Part shown: positions 55,969 through 64,000 of the stretch, in pieces
How the letters are laid out: each line of letters begins with the position of its first letter
How positions within the stretch are numbered: the first letter of the stretch is position 1
Assembly: GCA_937894725.1 (NCBI GenBank)
Contig: CALAYL010000055.1
Span: 21,463-85,462 of the forward strand
Length of the DNA: 64,000 nt
Reading direction: 5' to 3'
Source of the DNA: an uncultured Bacteroidota bacterium
Lineage (GTDB): Bacteria > Bacteroidota > Bacteroidia > Chitinophagales > LD1
Position numbers and translations under genes: made by a program
Notes under the pieces: model-generated
What the model was told of the DNA's origin: nothing
Seen by the model: the letters and a program-made list of their open reading frames with translations, nothing else
The model's database searches: none

Positions 55969-57318
55969 ATGTATCAATCTATTAGTCCATTCGATCAAAC
56001 TATACTCAAAAACGTTGCTGAAGATGAATTACCTGACCTTCAGCAATTGTCGATTTATCAAAAACAATGGGCGGCTATTTCAGTAGAGGAACGAGGTGTT
56101 TATTTACAAAAAATAGCGGATTTAATTTTTGAGCGCAAAGCTGATTTCGCCAAGTTGATATCTCTCGAGATGGGTAAACCACTTAGAGAATCAATTTATG
56201 AACTTGACAAAACGATCACAGCTTTTGATTATTACATCACGAATGCAACTATTTTTCTTCAAGATAAACAGGTAGTCACAAGCGCATCTAAAAGTTATGT
56301 AACCCATGCTCCATTGGGTATTTTACTTTCTGTAATGCCGTGGAATTTTCCTTTTTGGCAGGTGTTTCGCTTTGCTGTACCATCACTCATATCGGGCAAT
56401 ACCACCATACTCAAACATTCACCCAATGTACCTCAATGTGCTGCGGCCATAGGACAGTTGTTTAAAGATGCTGATGTGCCAGCAGGATTATTGACTAATC
56501 TTTCTTTGACTAACGAAAATGTATCTAAACTCATTGCAGAGGATCATGTAGCAGGAGTAAGTTTTACAGGTAGTGATGCTACAGGCAGCATTATAGCTAT
56601 GCAAGCAGGTCAGCATATCAAAAAATGCGTAGTAGAGCTAGGAGGCAACGACCCATTTATAGTACTTAACGATGCCGATGTAGGGGAGGCAGTAGCGGGA
56701 GCTATGAAATCTCGGAGTATCAATTCGGGTCAATCATGCAATGGGGCAAAGCGCTTTATTTTATTGCCCAACATTCATGATACATTTGTCGCAAGATTAA
56801 AGTCCGCCATATTGAATTTGAAGGTTGGAAACCCACTCGATGAATCTACAGATGTAGGTCCTTTGGCTAGAACAGATTTAAAAGAAAAAGTGAATCGCCA
56901 GATTGCGCTTTCGATTGCTCAAGGTGCAAAGGCATTTAGCCAACCGCTACCCGACAATACAAATGCAAATTTCGTGATGCCAACCCTCCTTACAGATGTA
57001 AAGCCAGGCGTGTGTGCCTTTGAAGAAGAGATTTTTGGTCCTGTATGGTCGATAGTGAGAGCTAATGATGAAGAAGAAGCCTTGACTTTGGCCAATCAAA
57101 CACAATACGGTTTAGGCGCATCAATTTGGACTAAGGATATTGAAAAAGCAGCAAAAATGGCTAGGATGATAGAATCTGGAAATGTTTTTATAAATTCCAT
57201 CGTGAAATCAGATGCTCGATTGCCTTTTGGGGGGGTGAAAAAAAGTGGATTTGGAAGAGAACTCTCGGAGTATGGGTTGAAAGAATTTGTAAATGTAAAA
57301 ACTGTTTTTATTCAATAA
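55969..57318 (+). CDS. NAD(P)-dependent aldehyde dehydrogenase, succinate-semialdehyde dehydrogenase-like
   Basis: ALDH motifs PWNFPFWQ, F.TGS...G, catalytic Glu VELGGNDP and catalytic Cys GQSCNGAKR. 449 aa. Confidence 0.85.
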   Translation: MYQSISPFDQTILKNVAEDELPDLQQLSIYQKQWAAISVEERGVYLQKIADLIFERKADFAKLISLEMGKPLRESIYELDKTITAFDYYITNATIFLQDKQVVTSASKSYVTHAPLGILLSVMPWNFPFWQVFRFAVPSLISGNTTILKHSPNVPQCAAAIGQLFKDADVPAGLLTNLSLTNENVSKLIAEDHVAGVSFTGSDATGSIIAMQAGQHIKKCVVELGGNDPFIVLNDADVGEAVAGAMKSRSINSGQSCNGAKRFILLPNIHDTFVARLKSAILNLKVGNPLDESTDVGPLARTDLKEKVNRQIALSIAQGAKAFSQPLPDNTNANFVMPTLLTDVKPGVCAFEEEIFGPVWSIVRANDEEEALTLANQTQYGLGASIWTKDIEKAAKMARMIESGNVFINSIVKSDARLPFGGVKKSGFGRELSEYGLKEFVNVKTVFIQ

Positions 57319-57329
57319 AAATAACCAGT

Positions 57330-57776
57330 ATGGAACTCAAAATCATAATATATATCATAGGTGGCATCCTTTATTTTTTGTATCAAAGAAGCAAAGCGGA
57401 TACTAAGGATATGACCACAATTCCTCCAAAAAAGAAGAAAAAAACGTTTTTTGACGAAGTGATAGAACAGCTCAACCAATCTCAACCTCCGCCAAAAGAA
57501 ATACTCAAACCTATTGATAAGTCTAAGTTTGGTGCAAATACGCAAAAGATAACCAAAGGGAAAGATATTTTTGTTACCGAAACGGTAAATTCAAGTTTTA
57601 CAGAAGGCTATTCTTCTTTCAAAACGTACGATACCCCTATCTTTGATGAAGGTGGTAGGATTGTGCCTACAGATACACTCGAGGTGGAAGAGCTAGAACA
57701 GCGTAATGCTGATTTTGAGTTTGATGCAAGAAAAGCAGTGATTTATAGCACTGTTTTTGAGCGAAAGTATTGCTAA
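57330..57776 (+). CDS. Hypothetical small membrane-anchored protein
   Basis: 148 aa with one N-terminal TM segment (IIIYIIGGILYFLY) followed by a K/P-rich linker. No recognised domain. It is packed between the ALDH gene (11-nt gap) and aroB (3-nt gap). Confidence 0.4.
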   Translation: MELKIIIYIIGGILYFLYQRSKADTKDMTTIPPKKKKKTFFDEVIEQLNQSQPPPKEILKPIDKSKFGANTQKITKGKDIFVTETVNSSFTEGYSSFKTYDTPIFDEGGRIVPTDTLEVEELEQRNADFEFDARKAVIYSTVFERKYC

Positions 57777-57779
57777 GTT

Positions 57780-58802
57780 ATGGTGTTCTATCTTGCAGAT
57801 ATAGCTTCACTGAATGTGGCTATCGATGATTTTGCCAAACCCTATGCTAGCGTATTTGTGCTTACCGATACGAATACTCAATCGCTTTGCCTACCTTTGC
57901 TCAACCATACTGATTTTATCAACATAACTATTTCGACTGGCGAGTTAAACAAAAGCATTGCTACACTTACGACTATTTTGGAGCAACTGTACTTGCACAA
58001 AGCCAATAGAAATTCACTTTTGATTAGTTTGGGTGGTGGTATGGTATCCGATATAAGTGGGCTAGCAGCTAGTCTGTATATGCGTGGTATCGACCAGCTG
58101 ATATTACCTACTACACTTCTAGCCATGGTAGATGCTGCACATGGCGGCAAAACAGGAATTGATTTTAAAGGTGTAAAAAATATGATAGGCACATTTCGAG
58201 AAAAGGATGTTGTTTTTATATGCACTAAGTTTTTAGAAACACTTCCAGAACGAGAGTATAGGGCTGGAATAGCAGAAGTCATTAAGCAATATCTCATTGT
58301 TGACAAAAATGCTTTTTATGAATTTGACATGGCGATTAGCAAAAAAATATTAACTATAAATAGCGCAGTTGCTATCAAAACAAGTTTTGTAAAAAAAGAC
58401 CCTTTTGACAAAAAAGAACGTCAAGCACTCAATTTCGGACATACGATTGGCCATGCAGTAGAAAGTTTGTTTTTGACAAAGCCAAATCCGCTTCTGCACG
58501 GAGAGGCTGTAGCAGTGGGTATTATAGCCGAAAGCTACATTTCTTATCTGAAAGAAAGTTTAACGATAGATGAGTTAACCGCTATTTCAGATAAGATGAA
58601 ATCCATATTTCCTGATTTACCTAATATTGAGGTAATAGACTTCGAACCCCTATTATCGTATGTAACTAAAGACAAAAAAAATGACAACGCTATTCAGTGT
58701 GTATTGCTTGATGGCATAGGAATGTTCAAAATAAAACAGGAAGTAAGTCCCGAAATAATACTTGAAGCCATTGATTACTATAATACAATCATTGCGGAGT
58801 GA
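57780..58802 (+). CDS. aroB: 3-dehydroquinate synthase
   Basis: Motifs LGGGMVSD..G..A, P.T.LAMVDA..GGKTG.., GHT.GHA.E and HGEAVA.G. Confidence 0.88.
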   Translation: MVFYLADIASLNVAIDDFAKPYASVFVLTDTNTQSLCLPLLNHTDFINITISTGELNKSIATLTTILEQLYLHKANRNSLLISLGGGMVSDISGLAASLYMRGIDQLILPTTLLAMVDAAHGGKTGIDFKGVKNMIGTFREKDVVFICTKFLETLPEREYRAGIAEVIKQYLIVDKNAFYEFDMAISKKILTINSAVAIKTSFVKKDPFDKKERQALNFGHTIGHAVESLFLTKPNPLLHGEAVAVGIIAESYISYLKESLTIDELTAISDKMKSIFPDLPNIEVIDFEPLLSYVTKDKKNDNAIQCVLLDGIGMFKIKQEVSPEIILEAIDYYNTIIAE

Positions 58803-60013
58803 GTCATTTTTTGCCGTATATCAGCCATTTACCTAATGTTACTTTAGGTTTGCCGAGTTCTAAAAGTGAGAGTAATCGATTGTTAATTTTACGAGCATTA
58901 TCCAAAGATAATTTGACTATCGAAAATCTTTCGATAGCCAATGATACCGTAATATTGAAACAATGTTTAGAAAGTACGTCACTCACATTCGATGTAGCAG
59001 ATGCAGGTACTGCGATGCGATTTTTGTTGGCATACTGCTGTGCTGTAAATCGACATACTATCTTGAAAGGTTCTGATAGAATGCACCAGCGACCTATTGG
59101 CGATTTGGTCGATGCTTTACGTTTGTTAGGCTTCAGAATAGACTATTTGAATCAAAAAGGTTTTCCTCCGCTCGAAGTTTTACCTATCTACCTTGGTTCA
59201 TTGCAGGCTGCGACAGATATCAATGGAACTATCAGTAGTCAATATCTATCAGCATTGATGCTGATAGGATGGTATCTACCCAATGGCATTGCCATTCATA
59301 TCAAAAACGAACTTATTTCAAAACCCTATATAGAGTTGACAGCCAAACTGATGCGCTCAGTAGGATTAGACATTGCTATAAGTGAACATGATATTGCAAT
59401 CTATCATCAAAGCATCGCTACTAAAAAAATAAAAGTAGGTGGCGATTGGACCAATGTTTCCTATTGGTATGCTTTCGTGGCATTGAGCAAAAATACCACT
59501 ATAATGATAGAAGGGCTAAGCCCTGAGAGTTCGCAAGGAGATAAGATAATCATGGTCTGGATGGAACAATTTGGAATAAAATCAATATTCAAAAACGGAT
59601 TACTTCAACTCTCAAAAACAGTCAATTCAAATACAGGCGACCTACTACATTTTAATTTTACTCATCATCCTGATTTGGCACAAACCATCATTGTGCTTTG
59701 TGCTGGATTGGGTCGAAAAGCCAGTTTTTATGGCCTAGCTTCCTTAAAAATTAAAGAAACAGACAGAATAGTGGCATTGAATAATGAACTTCAGAAATTT
59801 GGCGTTTCATTGGTGGAGTTGAACGATGACGGATATACACTAGATGGGGAATTTACACCTTCACCACAGATCATAGCTACCTATCGAGATCATCGTATGG
59901 CGATGGCTTTTGCTCCCTTATCAATGCTTACCGATATAACTATTGACAATCCAGCGGTAGTCGAAAAATCATTCCCTACATTTTGGGACGAGGTATCAAA
60001 ATTTTATGAATGA
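58799..60013 (+). CDS. aroA: 3-phosphoshikimate 1-carboxyvinyltransferase (EPSP synthase)
   Basis: GTG start overlapping the aroB stop (GTGA). Motifs LPSSKSESNR.L, DAGTAMRFL, ..SSQY.SALM and DHRMAMAFAP. Confidence 0.9.
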   Translation: MSHFLPYISHLPNVTLGLPSSKSESNRLLILRALSKDNLTIENLSIANDTVILKQCLESTSLTFDVADAGTAMRFLLAYCCAVNRHTILKGSDRMHQRPIGDLVDALRLLGFRIDYLNQKGFPPLEVLPIYLGSLQAATDINGTISSQYLSALMLIGWYLPNGIAIHIKNELISKPYIELTAKLMRSVGLDIAISEHDIAIYHQSIATKKIKVGGDWTNVSYWYAFVALSKNTTIMIEGLSPESSQGDKIIMVWMEQFGIKSIFKNGLLQLSKTVNSNTGDLLHFNFTHHPDLAQTIIVLCAGLGRKASFYGLASLKIKETDRIVALNNELQKFGVSLVELNDDGYTLDGEFTPSPQIIATYRDHRMAMAFAPLSMLTDITIDNPAVVEKSFPTFWDEVSKFYE

Positions 60014-60975
60014 GTTTGAAGAAAAGCGATATATGTAGCAATACCCTCTTCGAGTGTTTTGAAGGGCTGAGTAAAACCCGCAGCTATTAATTTGTCCATT
60101 TTGGCTTCTGTAAAATACTGATATTTATCCCTAATATCCTCAGGTATAGGAATATACTCAATATTTGGGATTGCTTTCATAGCCTCGAAAACGGTATCAG
60201 CAAGGTCATTGAAACTCCTAGCTTTGCCACTGCCTAAATTGTAAATACCATTTTCGAAACCATTGTGCTGAGTTATCCTATCAATCAAAAATAGGCAGAC
60301 TGCTACCACATCAGTCACATAAACAAAATCGCGTAGCTGCCCTCCATCTTCATAATCAGGTCGATGAGATTTGAAAAGCTTGAGTTTGCCGCTTTCTTTT
60401 ATTTGATTGTAGGCATGAAAAATCACCGAAGCCATACGCTTTTTGTGAAACTCAAATGGGCCATACACATTAAAAAACTTTAGTCCGACCCAATGAGGTG
60501 GGGCGTTTTTTTCTTTCAATGCAAATTCATCAAAAAGCTGCTTTGACACGCCATATGGATTTAGTGGCTTGAGTTGATTGATTTTTGAATGGTCATCATC
60601 AAATCCACTTTCGCCTAAGCCATAAGTAGCGGCACTCGAAGCATAAACAATGGGGATTTTCTTCACTGTACAAATTTCCCAAAGTGCTTTGGTATAAGCA
60701 AGATTAAGCGAATCTAAAACCCTAAAGTTAAACTCGGTAGTGTCTGTGCGAGCGCCTAAGTGGAATATAATCTCAATCGACTCCTCTGTTTCTATAAGCC
60801 AATCCGTAAATTGATCACGTGCTATTTTTTTCGAAAATCGAACAGTTGATAAGTTCGGCAGCTTTTCAGTTTTAGAAAAATCATCGACTAAAATCAACTC
60901 ATCGTGGCCATTTTCGTTCAAGGCCATAGCCAAATTACAAGCTATAAACCCTAATGCGCCCGTAACGACTATCAT
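60004..60975 (-). CDS. hldD: ADP-L-glycero-D-manno-heptose 6-epimerase-like SDR
   Basis: Extended SDR. N-terminus MIVVTGALGFIACN, YASSAATYG, Y..SK and the C-terminal KYQYFTEAKMDKL..AGF block that I recall as HldD/RfaD-specific. Confidence 0.75.
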   Translation of the reverse strand: MIVVTGALGFIACNLAMALNENGHDELILVDDFSKTEKLPNLSTVRFSKKIARDQFTDWLIETEESIEIIFHLGARTDTTEFNFRVLDSLNLAYTKALWEICTVKKIPIVYASSAATYGLGESGFDDDHSKINQLKPLNPYGVSKQLFDEFALKEKNAPPHWVGLKFFNVYGPFEFHKKRMASVIFHAYNQIKESGKLKLFKSHRPDYEDGGQLRDFVYVTDVVAVCLFLIDRITQHNGFENGIYNLGSGKARSFNDLADTVFEAMKAIPNIEYIPIPEDIRDKYQYFTEAKMDKLIAAGFTQPFKTLEEGIATYIAFLQTHS

Positions 60976-61021
60976 AATATTATTGTACTATTTCGGAACT
61001 GCAAAAATTGCATATTACTAA

Positions 61022-62104
61022 TTATGCAGGTTGTCTAGCCGCTATTCTATAAAGCCAATTGAATTTGTCAGCTGTTTTTCCTGACTTGATATCGGCTAAT
61101 TTGGATTTTAGCGAATTAGAAATAGTGCGACTTTCTACACTCGGCAAATCGTAATCTACCCCTCTATAGTGGAATGTGCCTACGTGTGACAATACAGCTG
61201 CTGTTCCTGCGCCAAACATATCTTGGAGTGTACCAGCAACATGGGCAGCTATCAATTCATCTACGTCTATATCTCTAATTTCTATCTTAATCCCATCTTC
61301 TTTAGCTAGGGTTAGCAAACTATCTCTCGTTACTCCGTCTAGGATGGTGCCTAAATCTAAACTTGGGGTGATAAGTACATCGTTAATCACAAAGAAAATA
61401 TTCATAGTGCCGATTTCTTGTATGTACTTGTGATGCACTCCATCTAGCCAAAGCAGCTGATCATAGCCTCGTTTTTGCACTTCTTGTAGTGGCATCATGG
61501 TAGCGCCATAATTACCAGCAGCTTTGGCAAATCCTACTCCACCGGGTGCAGCACGCACATATTTCTCACTTAGAAATACTCTTACTGGACGGCTGTAATA
61601 AGCACCCACAGGGCTACAAAAAATACAAAATCGATAATTCTCTGCCACTTTAATACCTACAAATTTGTCGGTTGCAAACATAAAAGGACGAATATAAAGC
61701 GAAGATAATGGCTCTTTAGGAATCCACTCTGAATCAAGCTCAAGTAACTTGGTCAGTGCATCCATGAACATTTCTTTGGGAACGGTAGGCATTGCCATAC
61801 GTTCAGCAGATTTATTCATTCGCGCCCAATTTTTTTCTGGTCTAAAAACGATTGGCTCTCCTTCAGGCGATACTTCGGCCTTCATACCTTCAAAAATAGA
61901 TTGCCCGTAATGGATAGCCGATGTAGCTGGATGTAATGTGAAGTCTTGAAATGGTATAATACGCAAATCTCCCCACTCACCATCTGCATAATCAGCTACA
62001 TACATGTGATCAGTAAAGTGTCTTCCAAAAATTAAGTTTTTGAAATCAACGGTATCAATTCTGCTGGTAAGTGCTTTTTCAATTTTAATTTCTGGAATTG
62101 GCAT
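61022..62104 (-). CDS. ilvE: Branched-chain amino acid aminotransferase (class IV)
   Basis: 360-aa long form. Motifs YGQ..FEG.KA, LYIRP and E.G..N.F...D....TP.L....L.G.TR. Confidence 0.92.
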   Translation of the reverse strand: MPIPEIKIEKALTSRIDTVDFKNLIFGRHFTDHMYVADYADGEWGDLRIIPFQDFTLHPATSAIHYGQSIFEGMKAEVSPEGEPIVFRPEKNWARMNKSAERMAMPTVPKEMFMDALTKLLELDSEWIPKEPLSSLYIRPFMFATDKFVGIKVAENYRFCIFCSPVGAYYSRPVRVFLSEKYVRAAPGGVGFAKAAGNYGATMMPLQEVQKRGYDQLLWLDGVHHKYIQEIGTMNIFFVINDVLITPSLDLGTILDGVTRDSLLTLAKEDGIKIEIRDIDVDELIAAHVAGTLQDMFGAGTAAVLSHVGTFHYRGVDYDLPSVESRTISNSLKSKLADIKSGKTADKFNWLYRIAARQPA

Positions 62105-62127
62105 ATCATTGGTTTTTGGTTTCCTTA

Positions 62128-62135
62128 CAAAAATA
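62128..62135 (-). promoter_or_regulatory. Candidate -7 box (TATTTTTG on the minus strand) for ilvE
   Basis: Plus-strand caaaaata is the reverse complement of TAnnTTTG, 23 nt upstream of the ilvE start at 62104. Confidence 0.3.
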
Positions 62136-62204
62136 TAATTATTTTCGACTGCTTTTACTTAAAAGTTATAAATTTATTTGAGGCTAGATTAAACTTTATG
62201 ATAT

Positions 62205-62636
62205 ATGGATTTTTTATTTGACAATCAAAATGTTATAGCTGTTTCTCAAAAGGAAGTTATCCCTATCGATTCGGATAAGGATTATGGCAAAGTCGCTTTT
62301 GCTTACGAAAATGGTAAAGAAGAAGACCCTGTTGAAGAGCTAATATTGCTTCATAAAATAGTGGTTGCCACAGGGCAAAGTGTAGATAATTCCTTGATTA
62401 TAAAATTAGATAATGCTGACTTTGCTCACCATGCTTTGGCTTCGCATGGCATTCGTACACTCATTTGTTTTTCAAACTACCGCCTCAAAAAGTGGGAAGC
62501 TATAAACTATCAAATAAATCGTCCGTTTTTTGTACAAGAGTTGCAAATCTTTCAGACTTGCTCGCTTAGCCATTTAGCTAATTCGGCCGATATGAAAAGC
62601 AAACTATGGGCATTTTTAAAACAAAAAGCAATATAA
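62205..62636 (+). CDS. Hypothetical protein (143 aa) with a possible remote HolD/psi-like C-terminal motif
   Basis: Clean ORF with no signal peptide, overlapping the rdgB start by 31 nt. The C-terminus SLSHLANSADMKSKLWAFL resembles the psi-subunit C-terminal pattern (see findings). Function unverified. Confidence 0.4.
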   Translation: MDFLFDNQNVIAVSQKEVIPIDSDKDYGKVAFAYENGKEEDPVEELILLHKIVVATGQSVDNSLIIKLDNADFAHHALASHGIRTLICFSNYRLKKWEAINYQINRPFFVQELQIFQTCSLSHLANSADMKSKLWAFLKQKAI

Positions 62637-63205
62637 AACTTGTCTTTGTAACTTCTAATAAAAACAAAGTTTTTGAAATAAACTCGCTTTTGCCAACGGG
62701 GTTTGAATTGATGATGCCAAGTGAAATTGGATTTAATGAAGAAATTGAAGAAACGGCTGATACTATTGCTGGAAATGCACTTTTGAAAGCACAAGCGATA
62801 GGAGAAAATATGGGTATTGCTTGCTTTGCAGAAGATACTGGTCTAGAGATAGAAGCCTTAGGTGGAGAGCCTGGAGTGCTCACCGCTCGCTACGCTTTCT
62901 CAAAAGGATGCAACCAAGACAACCTTTCGCTCGTCTTAGATAAAATGAAGCCTCACGAAAACCGTGTAGCCCGTTTCGTAACCGTTCTTATTTTTTTTGA
63001 TGGTAGAGCCTACTTTCAATTTGAAGGTATTTGTGAAGGAAAAATAGCCTTAGCATCTAGAGGAGAAAGGGGATTTGGTTATGACCCGATTTTTATCCCA
63101 GATGGAAGTGAGCTTACTTTTGCAGAAATGACACTTGACCAAAAAAATATTTTTAGCCATAGAAAAAAAGCATTTCAAAAATTTATTGTACATTTAATAA
63201 ACTAA
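62606..63205 (+). CDS. rdgB: Non-canonical purine NTP pyrophosphatase (dITP/XTP pyrophosphatase, RdgB/HAM1 family)
   Basis: Motifs KLVFVTSNKNKVFE, ET..TF..NA..KA, EDTGLE..AL.G.PGV..AR, GFGYDPIF.P and SHR..A. Confidence 0.85.
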   Translation: MGIFKTKSNIKLVFVTSNKNKVFEINSLLPTGFELMMPSEIGFNEEIEETADTIAGNALLKAQAIGENMGIACFAEDTGLEIEALGGEPGVLTARYAFSKGCNQDNLSLVLDKMKPHENRVARFVTVLIFFDGRAYFQFEGICEGKIALASRGERGFGYDPIFIPDGSELTFAEMTLDQKNIFSHRKKAFQKFIVHLIN

Positions 63206-63242
63206 AATATCCTAAAATAACGTTATGAAATAAACGAACTAT

Positions 63243-63827
63243 ATGAGTAGCACCACCAACACATATACAGAACAACAGATTATCGAAGGCTGCATAGCTG
63301 GCGATAGAAAGTATCAAGAGTTGCTTTATAAGCAGCTTTCGGGCAAGATGTATGGAGTATGTATGCGCTACGCATCGGAATCTTTTCAAGCACAAGATAT
63401 TTTGCAAGAAGGATTCATAAAGGTATTTAAGTACATAGGTCAGTTTAAAGGCACTGGATCATTTGAAGGGTGGGTGAGGAGAGTATTTGTAAATGTAGCC
63501 CTAGAGCAGCTTCGAAAAAAGTCGAATATGTATGTGGTGCAAGACGCAGAACTCAATCTGACAGAAACCTGCTGCGAATCAGCACTTCAAAAACTCATGG
63601 CGGAAGACATTATGGGAATCGTACAAACCTTATCTGAAGGATATAGAACCGTGTTTAACCTCTATGTGGTAGAAGGATACGCCCACAAGGACATAGCCGA
63701 GATGCTAAATATATCCGAAGGTACTTCAAAGTCGCAATTAGCTCGTGCACGACACATTTTGCAAAAGAAAATTGAAACAATGATGAATATTAAGAGTAAA
63801 ACACAATTACAAATAACTAATAGCTAA
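63243..63827 (+). CDS. RNA polymerase sigma-70 factor, ECF subfamily
   Basis: Region 2 (YG.C.RY.....A.D.LQEGF.K.F, F..W..R...N) and the region 4 HTH (Y..EG....EIA..L.IS.GTSKSQL.RAR..L). Confidence 0.88.
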   Translation: MSSTTNTYTEQQIIEGCIAGDRKYQELLYKQLSGKMYGVCMRYASESFQAQDILQEGFIKVFKYIGQFKGTGSFEGWVRRVFVNVALEQLRKKSNMYVVQDAELNLTETCCESALQKLMAEDIMGIVQTLSEGYRTVFNLYVVEGYAHKDIAEMLNISEGTSKSQLARARHILQKKIETMMNIKSKTQLQITNS

Positions 63828-63833
63828 AAGAGC

Positions 63834-64000
63834 ATGGAAAAATTTGACAAACATATAAAAGACCAGTTGGCTGACTTTGATATGCAGCCACCTCCTGGGT
63901 TTTGGCATACTATCTCGGATAGACTTGACCAAGAGACAATGGTAGAGGCAGCTACGGCCTCTTCTTTCAATTATGCTCGAATACTCCGTATTGCAGCTGT
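63834..64000 (+). CDS. Hypothetical protein, N-terminal fragment (positional candidate anti-sigma factor; runs off the right edge)
   Basis: My translation from ATG 63834 gives MEKFDKHIKDQLADFDMQPPPGFWHTISDRLDQE... It starts 6 nt after the ECF sigma stop. The anti-sigma role is inferred from position only. Confidence 0.3.
   Translation, partial: MEKFDKHIKDQLADFDMQPPPGFWHTISDRLDQETMVEAATASSFNYARILRIAA

Noticed and set aside
11934-60013. An alternative genetic code or stop-codon reassignment as an explanation for the overlapping 3' ends.
   Set aside because: TAA, TAG and TGA all terminate well-conserved proteins at the expected lengths (for example TGA for coaD, aroB, cysQ and glmM, and TAG for guaA). 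The standard code 11 fits.
60940-60975. A non-canonical glycine-rich loop in the HldD-like epimerase (TGALGFIAC instead of GGAGFIGS), suggesting a pseudo-enzyme.
   Set aside because: The GxxGxxA pattern is a common NADP-type variant. The catalytic Y..SK and the rest of the protein are intact.
1-64000. CRISPR arrays, insertion sequences, integrases, prophage or defence islands, and toxin-antitoxin pairs.
   Set aside because: No spaced direct-repeat array, no terminal inverted repeats flanking a transposase-like ORF and no recombinase, nuclease or ATPase genes of unknown context were seen. Every ORF longer than 140 aa is either a recognisable housekeeping or envelope gene or an isolated hypothetical protein.

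Overview
This is an AT-rich, very gene-dense chromosomal segment that reads as core housekeeping DNA of a Bacteroidota bacterium. Supporting signs are a fused SecDF, a DUF1573-yajC-coaE cluster, BshC, a PorT-family barrel next to ubiE, DUF1599 and DoxX proteins, recurrent TAnnTTTG -7 promoter boxes, and A-rich start regions without Shine-Dalgarno sequences. I call 64 protein-coding genes (2 truncated by the window edges), one tRNA-Leu(GAG), three strong intrinsic terminators and about a dozen candidate promoters. The content covers purine and GMP synthesis (guaA, purK, purE), Sec accessory genes (secDF, yajC), CoA and lipoate genes (coaE, coaD, lipB), valS, and folate/queuosine genes (folD, folP, queE). 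It also covers shikimate genes (aroK, aroB, aroA), the 2-oxoglutarate dehydrogenase genes (sucA, sucB), ilvE, envelope sugar genes (glmM, rfbC, rfbD, a GmhB-like phosphatase, an HddC-like nucleotidyltransferase, hldD, a GT4 transferase), transporters, one LytS/LytTR pair and an ECF sigma factor. I see no CRISPR array, transposase, integrase, phage module or recognisable defence or toxin-antitoxin genes, and I cannot point to a convincing novel multi-gene system. The window looks ordinary. The observations most worth a second look are these. (1) All nine convergent gene junctions abut or overlap, with no terminator space. (2) Promoter boxes sit 3-5 nt from the ATG of guaA, coaD and an aldehyde dehydrogenase, implying leaderless mRNAs. 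(3) A translationally coupled orphan receiver pair (REC-only plus REC-PAS-like) has no kinase nearby. (4) A 143-aa hypothetical protein coupled to rdgB has a C-terminus resembling DNA polymerase III psi (HolD). (5) A secreted sphingomyelinase-like protein and a CAP-domain protein form a gene pair. All functional calls come from reading the supplied translations against remembered family signatures. No database search or folding computation was run.
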